Shown one piece after another: positions 12,901 to 25,386 of a stretch of 64,000 nucleotides of DNA. Made by a program: the position numbers and the translations under genes. Numbering within the stretch: position 1 is the first letter of the stretch; every line of letters begins with the position of its first letter. The notes beneath the pieces are model-generated. The model worked only from the letters and a program-made list of their open reading frames with translations, was not told where the DNA came from and made no database searches. The stretch is from Paragordius varius (taxonomy: Eukaryota; Animalia; Nematomorpha). The stretch covers positions 8,184,001 to 8,248,000 of the forward strand of contig OZ176055.1 of assembly GCA_964247055.1 (NCBI GenBank). Reading direction: 5' to 3'.

Positions 12901-14609
12901 AAATAACTTTTAACCATTAAGAGCACACTAATAAGAATATTATTTTTTATATAAACACAATTATAAAATAATTTTTTCTATTGCCAATACACAATCATTG
13001 ACTTATTCTTCAAAATTATATTTGATTAAGATAGGTCTTTTAAAATTTTTAAGTAATTTTATAAAAAAATTTATATATCAATGGTGCGCATTTATATTTG
13101 GGATTAAAATATAAATATCTACAGTTTTGGATTAAAAAAATATATATTTCAACTCAAATTGGTCATTTAACACTCAAAACTGGTTTTTCAAGTTGATCGA
13201 TAAAAATACTGTCGGAAAAAATAAAAATTTTGGATAATAAATGGTTTTAAATGAAATGTTAATAAAAAAGATAATTGACCAAAATTTATACAATATATAT
13301 AAACTATGGTACGTAATTTTCAAATGTTAACCAATTTAATGAACCAACTTGAGATGAAAATGGTATATATTTTTGAATTTTTATTATTGCATCCGAAACT
13401 AGAAATATTTTTAGATTAGATCTCAATATTGATGCAAACCATCACGATCAATGGCTAAAATAAAAAAAATATGAATACTTTTTATATCAAACCATAAAAT
13501 CTCATCCAGTTAATAAAATATACTATTAAAGAGTGAATCATTAATGATTTTGTATTGGCTTATAATAAAAACAAATTATTCAAATATTGTGTTTATATAA
13601 AAATATTTTTAAATCTTGTTTTTAAGTTATCATCAAATATAAAACCACTTTTATTCACTCGGAAAAGGTTTTTATTGATTGGAAAAATGTTTCGATTGAC
13701 TAAAAAAACATTTTGATGAATGGGGAACGGTTTATATAATTATTTTTGATCTTTAATATTTACAAACTTTTAAAATATTTTAATCACTTAATAAATATAT
13801 TGTTAGATTTTATGAAGAAATTTAATATATTTTAAAATGTAAACATTGACATTTATTCACCTTTCAAATCTTTGACACATAAATGCACAATATGTTTAAT
13901 TTAATGATTTTTCAAATAAAATTAAAGTCTAAAAGACAAATTGAGTTTTTTAAATAAATGGTTATAAAAAAATGAAGTAAAATCTTCAATTTTAATAACA
14001 ACTAAAAAAACAAAAAAAGAATATAACAAATCAACAACGAAAACACGCAAACAATATTTTTAAATTATTTACGTTTATTAAAAATGTAAAATTTTAATGA
14101 CTAAAATAGGCTTTTTTTGTATAAAAAAAAACATACTAACCTCGGAGAAATTTGTAACCTGGTTAGTTTTCCGTAACTTTAACATTAACTCATAATTTTG
14201 AGACTGCATAAGAATAAAGTTGTCTTGTAAAATTTTATTTTCTTGTTTTACATTTTCAAGGGCAGCTGCCAACGCTTGGTTATTTTTAAGAATGGTCTTT
14301 CTTGATATGGTGGAATTAACTACAATATAAAAATATTTTATTTACGTCCAAGACGAGATTTATGTAAAATTGATTTAATCTTTTTGGATTTATTTAGAGC
14401 CTTATTACAAATGGTAACATTTGTTTTTGAATTGTTTGACACTTTGGTTAAATTGACTTTTTTAGCTGACTTTATTTTTCTACCACGAGAGACAGATTTA
14501 ATTTTATCATCCGTTTTTGGAGTATTATCCTCAAAATCATACACGTCCTGCATAATAAAAAAATAGATACTGAGGTTTTCCTGACAGAACTTTGGCGAAG
14601 TTTTACCAT
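6975..14609 (-). CDS. SGO1: Shugoshin, about 1279 aa, 10 exons (14609-14571, 14547-14346, 14319-14141, 12686-10969, 10240-9998, 9434-8851, 8612-8504, 8443-8364, 7721-7528, 7466-6975)
   Basis: N-terminal coiled coil LKNNQALAAALENVKQENK and the basic SGO motif YKEPKLNKKMRRGDP, assembled across the 8444-8503 intron. All junctions are GT-AG with matching phases. Exon 1 is less certain (alternative ATG at 14553). SGO1 versus SGO2 orthology cannot be resolved. Confidence 0.9.
9567..9890. mobile_element. MITE, CCATTTACA-terminal family, inserted in (TA)n
   Basis: Ends ta|CCATTTACA...TGTAAATGG|ta with 21-bp subterminal repeats (caattcaaattcaccctYgaa). Lies in a shugoshin intron. Confidence 0.85.
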
Positions 14610-14809
14610 AATGAAATTCGTGCAAACCGCTCTATTTTAAGAGGGAACAACAAAGGGATTTTCATATGATACAACTACTAAGTTGAAAAGCTTGTAATTT
14701 TGTTTTGTTTATAATATAAAAATTTTTAAACCCTTTATTTCTTGCTATGAGAATTATCTAAATAATTTACATTGTACAAATATTTGATTTATATATAATT
14801 TATCTCATT

Positions 14810-15392
14810 TTAACACTTAGATACAATACACTCATTTTAGTCCTTCTCAAATTGGGGTAGTTGGATACCCCAGGCCTGTTTAAAATTAAATACTTTAAAA
14901 ATGGAAGCAATCGAAACCATGGCAAAATTTTGCACTTATATAACATTAATAAACCGAAATATATAAAATATTTAATTAAAAAATACTTGATATTAATTAT
15001 TTTGAGCTAAAACTGAAAGGAAAAAATTTGGTCAACGTGACATGTGTCAAATTGTAAAATTAAAAAATAATACAAAATAAACCGCTTTTTCTATCTCTAT
15101 CAAAGTTAGATGTAATTTATATTAAAAATAAGCTTTAGTTTTACCCTTAAAATTAAATGAAGACGATATTTTGCGAAATTTTTGTAAAATAAAAATGGCG
15201 TCGAAGTAGTTAGAGGTGGAACTTTTTATTCCAAACAAAATTTTATCAAGATATTTTGGCATATTTATATAATATTTATCAGGATAGAAACATAAATTTA
15301 AATTTGGACCGTTTCCTTCATGTGTTTTTTAAAAAATTTAATTTAATTTTAGTCTGGGGTATTTAGATACCCCAATTTGAATCGAATGTTAA
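14810..15392. mobile_element. TTAA-bounded (piggyBac-like) MITE, copy 1
   Basis: TTAA at both ends. The inverted subterminal block tcaaattggggta..tacccca(g) occurs at both ends. At least four more copies are in the window. Confidence 0.75.
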
Positions 15393-15760
15393 AACATTAA
15401 ATTTTATTTTAATATGTTTCATCACACAAACTGTTTTAAATAATTGTGATTTAGTTCCGCGTAATAAAAAGTTTTTATTATTTGTGCACATTATATGTAA
15501 TTGCCAACTAAGGGTTTTGAAAATATTATTTATATTTTATCAAATATATAAGATGCAATACAATATATAAAATGTTTTAATTTGGATGTAGGCTCCAATG
15601 GTCTATAGCCCATAAAAAATGGGAGAAATCGTAAAATAACATTTTAAACTTAATATTATAAGATTAAGTTAATTTTTGCTATCAAAACATTAATGTCGTA
15701 AGGTATTGTTGAAGTAGTTTATGGGTTTTAGATGGTTCAAACGGTATCAAAACACATTGG

Positions 15761-18758
15761 CACTTCGATTCAAATTGAGGTATTACTAGGGTGACCAGAC
15801 GTCCCGCTTTTTCACACTTTGTCCCGCGTCCAGCCACGTTTTTGAAATGTCCCGCTTTTTCACGATTATATAAAAAAAAATTTTTTTAATACATTTAAAT
15901 TTTTTATTAATTTTTTTTATCCGTGTAAATTTTTTATCATTAGTTTTCTTTGAAATTATATCAATTGTAAATTAAAATTTTTTATTTTTAAATTTATTTT
16001 TTTCGAATTTATATCATATGATTATACACTTTGCTTCTTACTCCTACTGCCAAGATTATCAAAAAAACAAATTAATACCACGAATCGGTAGCTTATACGT
16101 TTACTCTAGTAAAATAAGGTAATAAATTATTTTTTTATATTAATATTTTAGTTACATTACCTGCAACATTATTAAAAAGACAAATTTATCACAAATCGGT
16201 AGCTTATACGTTTACTCCAGAAAATTAAGTAATATAATAATTTTTCTATACTAATATTAGTTTAAAAATATGAGAAAAAGAGGTTGTAAATTCATTTAAT
16301 GAAAAATTCCTTTTATTAAAAAAACTAAGAATGAATCATTTGTTAAATGTTCTTTATGCGAGGGGGAAACTCTAGTACATGGCGACAAGCATGATATTAC
16401 AAAGCATATGAAAACAGAAACATAAGAAATGTTTAGTGGCGGCATCATCTTACAAAGTGAGCGAATTTTATCAAAAACCCCTTTTGGAGAGTAAGAAAAG
16501 AATTCGGCACTAGCCGAAGGCGCTTTAATCATTCCTTTGCTATGGATTGCTAACAGGTTATTCGTACCTTATTCATTAAAAAATTTACATGTGCCCGTAG
16601 AAAGGCTAAAGCCATATATGCAATGTCCTTTCACATGCATTTTCTGAAATACAAAAAGATTTGATGAAAATTAATTTCATATCGCTATACTCTGATGCAT
16701 CAAATTACATGGAAAACAAATCTATCCGGTGAAAGTTCCGACATAATTTTTAGTTTACTAATGAATATTTTAGAAAAAAATAAAATTTAAAAGACAAAGT
16801 CATCGCATATTGCGCTGACAACACCAATACCAACTTCGGTGGAAAAGCAAGAAGTGGAACAAAAATTATTTTCATAAATTAACATATAATTTTAATCAAA
16901 ACATTTTGGCGTTGGGTGTGCAACGCATATAGTACACAATATTTAAACAGCTGTTGATTTGTTACCCCTAGATGTGGAAAATGTAGTTGTTAAAATATAT
17001 TCCTATTTTTAATATACACGGTACGCGTTGAAAAGCATAAGGAATTCTGTGAATGTGCAGAATTCAATATCAAAAAATGCTTAGATATTGTAAAACTTTT
17101 TTAGCTATTCTGCCAGCTATCGAAAGAATTTTAAAAATGTATGATCCTTTATATCCTATTTTTTATGATAGGACATATGTCCTATACCATTTTAAAAATA
17201 TATGATCCTTAAAATCCTATTTTTTATCACAGGACTAATGTCCTAGAACTTTGGAAAAGTTTTTGAACGTGATTCATAAAAATATGGTTAGAGTTCCTAC
17301 ATAATCAAGCTTCTCTCTCTCTAAAATGTTATTAATTGATAGAAGGTGACAAAATTTCGGCAATCAGCCAATGAAGTTAGTAACCTAGAATTTGTATGTC
17401 AAGATAGGTTTAGAAAATAATTTTATACCATTAACCATCCGCAATCTTATAAATAATTTAGAAAAACAAGGCTTAATAAATCGACAATATATCCCGTGCC
17501 ATATAAAAATGTTTTGAAACGGTAAAGATTATTTGGAAGACTGGACGGTGCAATTTAAAGAAATTGATCATTTTCATTGGATAACGTTAAAACCAGAATT
17601 TAATTGGTGCGATGTTCAAAAATCATTTGATTATATCCGCATCTCCCAAAAATTCCCAAAAAGTAATCTTTCAGAAAATGATCTTTTTTCTGAAGTATCA
17701 TTAGTTAAAAAATATATTAATAATGGAAAACTTAAATTATGGACAACAGTAAAAAATACAGTAGAAAAGAAATGGTTAGAAATATTTCATCATTTTGAAA
17801 CAAACTATATTCCATACAATATTATTTTAAAAATTGTGGAATTTGGACTATCTTTACCTGGAACCAACGCTGCTATTGCGCGCGTTTTTTCCACAGAAAA
17901 TCAGGTGTGGACATCGGAAAAATCAAATTTAAATGCTGAAACTTTAAAGGCCATTTATCTGTCAAATATAATTGGACAAATTCTTATGAAGTCTTCTACA
18001 ATATTTTAAAAAATGATGACAATCTTCTAAAACGCATTTACTCAAATAAAAAAATTACCAAGGAATGAAATATTTTTTTATATTTATAATGTATTTGTGT
18101 TAAAAATAAATAAATATTACAATAAATTTATTTTTTTGTAAAAAATTTTGGTTGTGCCCCCCATGCCCCCCTTTCTCAGATTTTCCCGCTTTTTCCTTCA
18201 AAAAATCTGGTCACCCTAAGTTTTACCCCAGACTAAATTTAAATTAGGATTTTCAATAAATTACTGAAGGAAATGGTCTGAATTTAAATTTATGCTTTTA
18301 TCCTAATTAAAATTTATATAAAAATGCCAAAATGTCGAAAAAAATTTTGTTTTGAAAAAAAAGTTTCATGTCAAACTACCTGAACGCCATTTTTATTTTA
18401 TAAATTTTTTGCAAAATATGGTCTTAATTTAATTTTAAGAGTAGAATTAAAGCTAATTTTTATTAAATTACATCTAACATTGATAGAAATATAAAATGTG
18501 GTTTTCTAATTTTACCATACCACACATGTCACGTTAACTAAATTTTTACCTTACCGTTTTACCTTAAAATAATTAATATCAAGTTTTTTAAATAAAAGTT
18601 TTTATATATTTCGGTTTATTAATGTTATATAAGTGCAAGATTTTGCCATGGTTTCAATTACTTCCATATTTTCAAGAAATTTTAAACAGGCCTGGGGTAT
18701 ATAACTACCACAATTTGAATGGGAGGACTAAAATGTATGTGTTGTATCCAAGTGTTAA
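15761..18758. mobile_element. Same MITE family, copy 2 (opposite orientation), split by a hAT insertion
   Basis: The left terminus cacttcgattcaaattgaggtattac resumes as ttttaccccagact after 18218. The right end is gttgtatccaagtgTTAA. Confidence 0.75.
15787..18218 (+). mobile_element. Decayed hAT transposon (Blackjack-like termini)
   Basis: TIRs TAGGGTGACCAGA / TCTGGTCACCCTA. Imperfect 8-bp TSD (ggtattac/agttttac). A zinc-finger remnant lies near 16340-16430 and a hAT dimerisation-like segment LSLPGTNAAIARVFS lies in ORF 17533-18009. Confidence 0.85.
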
Positions 18759-19249
18759 CATAATGTGAATAAATTATTTATATGATATTTTAAAATATTT
18801 TAAAATATTTGTTATTTAGATTCGTCTGTCTTTAATTTCAGGTTAAATTATTTGGTTTAAAAATACAAATTTTTACACTTCATTGTGTTTTGGAATAACT
18901 TAATATCGAGAGCAATATTAAACTTGAATATTTTAAAAGATATTTAAGGTTTTAGGCAAAATATGTACTTTCTTTGTTTTAGATTGCCTTATTTTTCTTA
19001 ATATAATATTTATCAATATTCCTGTCTCAAAGGTTTAACCACCAGTTTATCATGATTTTTTAAATCGTTAATACAACAGTCAAATGTATGTATAGATGTA
19101 ATGATTAAATATTGAAAGCTTTTAGTTTAAATTTTACCAAAAATTTTAATAAATATCAGAGTTTTTTTACAAATTTATTTTTTACCAAAAACAACTTGCA
19201 AATAGGCAATAAAATCTTAAAATTTTAAGTTTGATACTGTAAGTTTCAT

Positions 19250-22200
19250 ATGTTAAATGTTATATCAGATGATATAATTGGTCCAAGCGGCATGCTTGAA
19301 TTTACTGTGAAAGATTATTTTTTGAGCAGAAGTGATATGTGGTTTATTAAGGAGCATTTAGTAAATTATATATTTAGCTTAGAATGATATAAACTATGAA
19401 TTAAATTCGAAGTAGGCTTTTAGTAAATTTTTAGTTTAAAGTTACTGCAAAGTTCTGATTATAAGAAAGATGAAATGGTAAAAATTATATAAATTTAGAT
19501 ATTTCGGTCATTGACTTCGTCATTTAACATTTTTATACAAATCAGCAGTGAGATGTGGGACTTTAATAGTGACGATGATTTATACTTTGAAAAAACTTTA
19601 AATATCTTAATGAAAATGTTTGATCTTTGGAAAGTATCTTTTATCATATTCAGGCCAATAATTGCAATCATGATATAACAATTATATTCTTTTCCCGAGT
19701 ATATTTACTTGGCAGTTTCTCATACAAAGATGTTTATTGGTTGTTCAATGAACTTATATATAGGGTGGTTATAAAAAACGAGAAATGTGAATATTGGACT
19801 AAAATCGCACCATTAATCATTAAAATCTTTAAACATTACAAAGAAACGCTCGAAAAATATTTCCAGGATAACATAAAAATTACGAATTCAATGGACGGTA
19901 ATTTGTTGGAAATGATTAATTTATCGCTAAATGTTAGCGAAAAACATTATATTGATTGTAACTTTGAACGTACTGGTCAAATGTCTCTGGTAATTACACC
20001 AGGGAACGGTATTTTTAGAACCAAACGAAGATTAGCTATTATTTCCAAGGAGAGAATTAATGAATTAGGTGAAAACTATATCATGCTTTTTTTTTGAAAA
20101 CAATATGGCTAAAACATTTGCTAACATTTCATGATATTAAATATTTTATTCAGGACCGAGGTTATAAATAAATTGTTTACTTAAAAGTTAAAATGCTAAA
20201 AGAGAATTTTTTTCCATATTGAATCCATAAAAGAATAACACCGAATGCAGAAACTAAAGATTTATAATTCATTTGATTTCGCCGCAAAATAAGTATTTGT
20301 TAGACTGTTAGCAAAAGCATTATCATTAATCGTTTTCCAAATAATTTTATATAACATGAAATAAGGATATCAATAATTTATTAATATTATATTTTTTAAC
20401 TATTGAAAAATTTTTAAGATATAGGGACAATCAATTTATTTTAGACTAAAAATGGATTATATATGTTTGAGTCGCAGTTTTTAAAATTATATGATATAAA
20501 ATTCAAGTTGACAAAAAAATGTGCATACCTTGCAAGCCATATATATTATTTTGACAATATTGCTTATAATTTCTTTATAGGATTTCATCCTGTCATATTG
20601 TGTTTAGCTGATCCTCCTTTATGTACTGTTCCACTCCTAATAGTAAATTTTCTTTTTATTGCATTTGTAATTCAACGCTAATTATATGAATTTATTGGGG
20701 TTAATTTAATCTTTGTCAAACGTAAAAAATAAAATTAAAATATTCAGCGTATATCCTAATAGTAAATTTTCTTTTTATCTCAAGTTTGAAGATGTCTATG
20801 GATCTGAAAACTATTACATATCATTTTGGCTAAATGTTTGGTATGTGTAAATTTGTATAAATTTTATGGTTATGACCGCGCGAAAAACAATGAAGAATTC
20901 TGCACTTTAATGGCATTTAATGAAACTTTAACCCACAAGATTAAACCCGAAATCTATAAATCACTTCAAAATCTTGAAACGCATTCGAGGTTGATATTTT
21001 TTTAAAAAAATAGAATTTAATCATTTAGTTTAAAATTTATAAATTTTATTCTCCCTTTTATATACATAGAAATGCTGTATCTGGTAATCACAATTATTGT
21101 ACACAAAAACGATCGGTATCATTACCCACGTTTACTAAAGGCCATCCATCATTAAAAGGTGATATTTTCTATTGCTTTCTCAGAAATATTTTTTTGGTTA
21201 AAATAATTTGTAGTATAAACGATATTATTTTTTTAAAAAAAACATAATTATTGCTGAAATATATATCTCAATAAAATCTTTTTTTTGTATTTTAGCAACC
21301 AATCCCTTAGTTAATCCATTTAGTTGTCGGAAAGTTCCAATTCGTCAAATGCCTAATCTATATCAAAAATGGCACACTATGAGTTACGCTTTTAAAGAAA
21401 GAACTCCACACCAAAATGGAATTAATGTTCAAGATCCATCATTTACGGAAGGAAAACTTAAATACGAAAAATGTGATCGTATCAAAAATGTGCCTATTAT
21501 TGAACCATCACTTACTCGTGAAAAACTACATAAAACCACCATTGAAATTAAGGGAGAAATTGGACGGTACTTATTCTGAAAAATTTTTTGCTTTTAAAAT
21601 TTTTTTGATGTGAATTAGATTTGCGAAAAAGGCTATTTTTATAATATAAAATATATACATTAAAACCTCTAATTACTACAAAATATTTTCATAAAAATAT
21701 GCCAACTTATTTAAAGGGAAATAGATGAATGGCTTAATTTTATTATGGCGAATCCCAGAAAAACTTAAAAGGTAAAAAAACCGTTTTGCCATAAAAGATT
21801 AAAGGGTCAACACACAAAATTACTTTGCGTTAATAAGGTTTCACCTTATTTTTTTCCAAAACATCTAAAGTTTTTAATTATTAATTTTTAAAAAGGTTTA
21901 ATGTCCACATTAAATTTTATCACTAATATACCATTTGCACTCTAAGAGTGTCCTTGAACACTTTAAGTTGGTCCTTGTTCAAGTTGTCCTTGAACACTCA
22001 AGTTGCTTCTTTGATTTGTTTTGTTTTTAAATTTTATCAATTAAATCGTATATCATTCATCTAATTTTTCGTTTTTAACCTATTTTCAATTGTTTACGAT
22101 AAGTTTTAAATCTATATCAACTTTTAATCATTGAGAAACCGTATATCTATATTAATTTTTTAAAATTATTTTGGATACTTATGAGATTTTAACCGTAATA

Positions 22201-25200
22201 AAAAAATATATAAGTTTTCCGGGTTATTATTTAGAATTTTTCATTGAAAACATTTAAAAGTTAATGGTAATGTTAAATTGGAAAAAAATTAGTTCGAAAC
22301 AAAAAGTAGTTTTTAAACAAATTTTTTTATTTTTAATGAACAAATATATAATAATAAAGAAAATTAGGTTAGAAAATAATAAAATATAAAAATACATGCA
22401 AAAATTATGGTTAACTTAAAACTTTAACATTTTAAGGACCAACTTAAAGTGTTCAAGGACACTCTTGAACTGCAAATGGTATATTTAAAAACTAGAAATG
22501 ACGACATAAGAAACCAACAATCTTCAAAAAATAAATATGAATATTACATGAAAAAGATATCCGCTATGAAAACTGAAAATTTATCTAAAGCCAATATTAA
22601 TAATAATTTATCCTCATTCATTAATTCTAATTTATCCATTGATACCTCAAAAGTTCGCTTATTTGAACCAAAATCTAATGTTTGGGATCCAACACATAAA
22701 GCTGGTATTTCACATGTTTTTAATCTTTAGTGAAATTTTGGTTCTCCGCAATTAAATTAATTTTAATTAAATTTAATAAACTGTTTTATAGTAATATAGT
22801 AGTACTCTACCTAAAGTTTTTGGAAAAAAATCGTAATTAAAAGTTTATTGTTTTAATAAGTATGCAAGATAAATTTATAATATATAAGTTTATTTTTTCA
22901 CCTATTGTCTAAAATATTCCTCCTTTCTCAGAAATTTATTGGAAAAATATCGTGGCTCCAGTATGTTTACCCCTAACTGTAAGTTATGTACCAGAACCTA
23001 AAGTCATCCGTCGTGATTATATGGTTTCCGATTATTTTGTAGCTGTCGAACATTCGAGAATCACAGGAAATTCTACGCAAAATTTAATCCATATCCTACA
23101 ACAATTACTTTATCAAAGATTACGTTTCGTAAAGCTTTATTTACATTTTGTTGTACTATGATTAAATGAAAAATGGGTGTTAAATTTAGACTAAATTTAC
23201 AAATATAATAGTTGTTAATGCTTAATTTACCATATATCGTACTAGTTTTTTTGCTTTAAATCTTGATAAAATTTTCAGTTTTTTGATGTTTTATTTTATC
23301 ATTTTTCGAAATATTTTATTCTTCAATAATGGTAATGTCTAAATTTTAATACCCAAGTCCTTTTTTTAATAGTTGCTTATTTCACTATAAAAGCGCAATT
23401 CGCAAGACAGAAGTGTATGGAAAAAAAGAAATACTGTGTTTAAAATTGCGCTACTATACTGTGTTAAAAAAGCAACCATAAAAATGCATACTGTAATTGA
23501 AATGCGGTTAATATCAACTAAAAGTTTTTTTTTCTTTTATTTAGGGTGGACAAATTGTCACAAGCTTGAGTCAAGAGGCTAAAGAATTTTTTTTCTCAAT
23601 TCCTAAAACATCATCAGCCCTATTTGGTGGTCAGAATGCGTCATCAATATTATTTAATGATTATCAAAATAAAGCCACTAAATACGTAAATACTTCATAC
23701 CTTATAAGCATTGGAAGGTCTTATCACATGTTAAGTATTGAGGCGTGTCCATCAAACACTATACATGTTATCATTTATAGGCCAAAGTATGTCCCCCCTT
23801 ATTTTGTTTTGGAAAGTATGAAAGATAATAAAATTATATTGTGTTGTATGTATAAAACATTCTTTATTTTTTTTGTTCTTTTAATCTGTGTGAAATATAT
23901 AGTATTGAACATATTTACATTTATTTCTTTTAGCAAAATATGAATGATAGGATATATTGAAAGAAAGATTTTAAAATTACGTTTTTATATAATGTTTGAT
24001 GATTTTTTTTACTCTGTATATTGTGAAATTTTGGAGAAACCATCAAGTATAAAACTAGAATTTATGAAGACAAAACATAAAAAGTTGAAAACTGTTTTTG
24101 TGCATAAAAGAAAACTATATTATTATTATATCATTAATTTTTCCATCACACCTTTAAATTATCAAAAATATAATTGTTTTACCAATTTACATCTCCATCA
24201 CTTATTTTGGTTACCCCAAAAAGATTGGTGATTTTGAAAATGGTTTTGTTTTTGATATTACAAAATCAATTAATGTACTTTTAATTTTTATGCTTAATTC
24301 TTAATGTAATTTTACAGACACAATTATTACAAAAATCAATTTACTGACCAACAAAAAGAAATGAATTATGAATACTATCTGCGCGTCCCTGAACAGGATG
24401 GATTTTATGAACGAAAAACTCTCATAAAACATGAAAGGATTTTAGATTCATTTATGTGGAATACGTTGGATACTTTTATTACGACATCATCTTATGAGTA
24501 TAACAAAATTATAATTGTACCGCAATTTCGAATTTTCGACTTATATTGATTTTCTTTGATTGAATTTTATATTACTGCATGAAAGATTAGTCTCCATGTT
24601 AAAAAATATAGCAATATGAGTTATTTTGATTAAAAATTAATTTCTATTAAAAATTATTAAATAATATAATTAATAAATGGCTCAGTATTTGAGGAAATCG
24701 ATCGAGATCTTATTTTTTTGTAAATTTCGGATCTATGATACTTGTGGGGATATTTATAACTCAAAAAATAGTGCATTATTTTAAAATCGCAAATGTGCAT
24801 AATGTTTAACATGATATATATAGTTTTAGGTGGTATTTAATGTATAAAAACTCCTATGGTAGGAGGTCTACGATATATACATATATTTTTATTTTAGACA
24901 TATTCAAGAGTTAAGTCTTCAATATCGACATTTATGGTTTACGCGGGTTCGATTCCTTATAATACCGTATCATGAGGTGAAAAATGCTTTAGATTGGGAC
25001 ATGATTTGTGAAAAGTTTTTCCAATTTATAAGCACTATAAATGGGATTCCTAAAACAAAATTTCCAAATAGTCTAAAGGTTATTTTTCTTGTGTTTAAAC
25101 GGTAAAGTGTAATGAAAAGATATAACACAAAAATTGGTTGATTTTAAGAAAACCATTTTTTTAAACTTTAATATAGTATGATGTAACTATCGGTTTGGGT

Positions 25201-25351
25201 TGCGAAAGATATAGAATAGAAATATAATTGATAATTCATTCAACTTTATATTTCACAATAGAATAAAATAAAAGGCGAAATTTTTTTTTCATTATAACTA
25301 TAAGAAGTCTTTTACTTTTTATCTTTACCTTCATAAATTAAATTTTTACCG

Positions 25352-25386
<35 letters not shown>

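Noticed and set aside
19030-19249. Candidate DEPDC5 N-terminal exons
   Set aside because: All three frames of 19206-19238 contain stops and no phase-consistent path was found. The gene may start at ATG 19250 or have exons I could not recognise.
24946-24956. Perfect tRNA B-box GGTTCGATTCC
   Set aside because: It encodes RVRFLIIP in a DEPDC5 exon, and there is no A box or cloverleaf.
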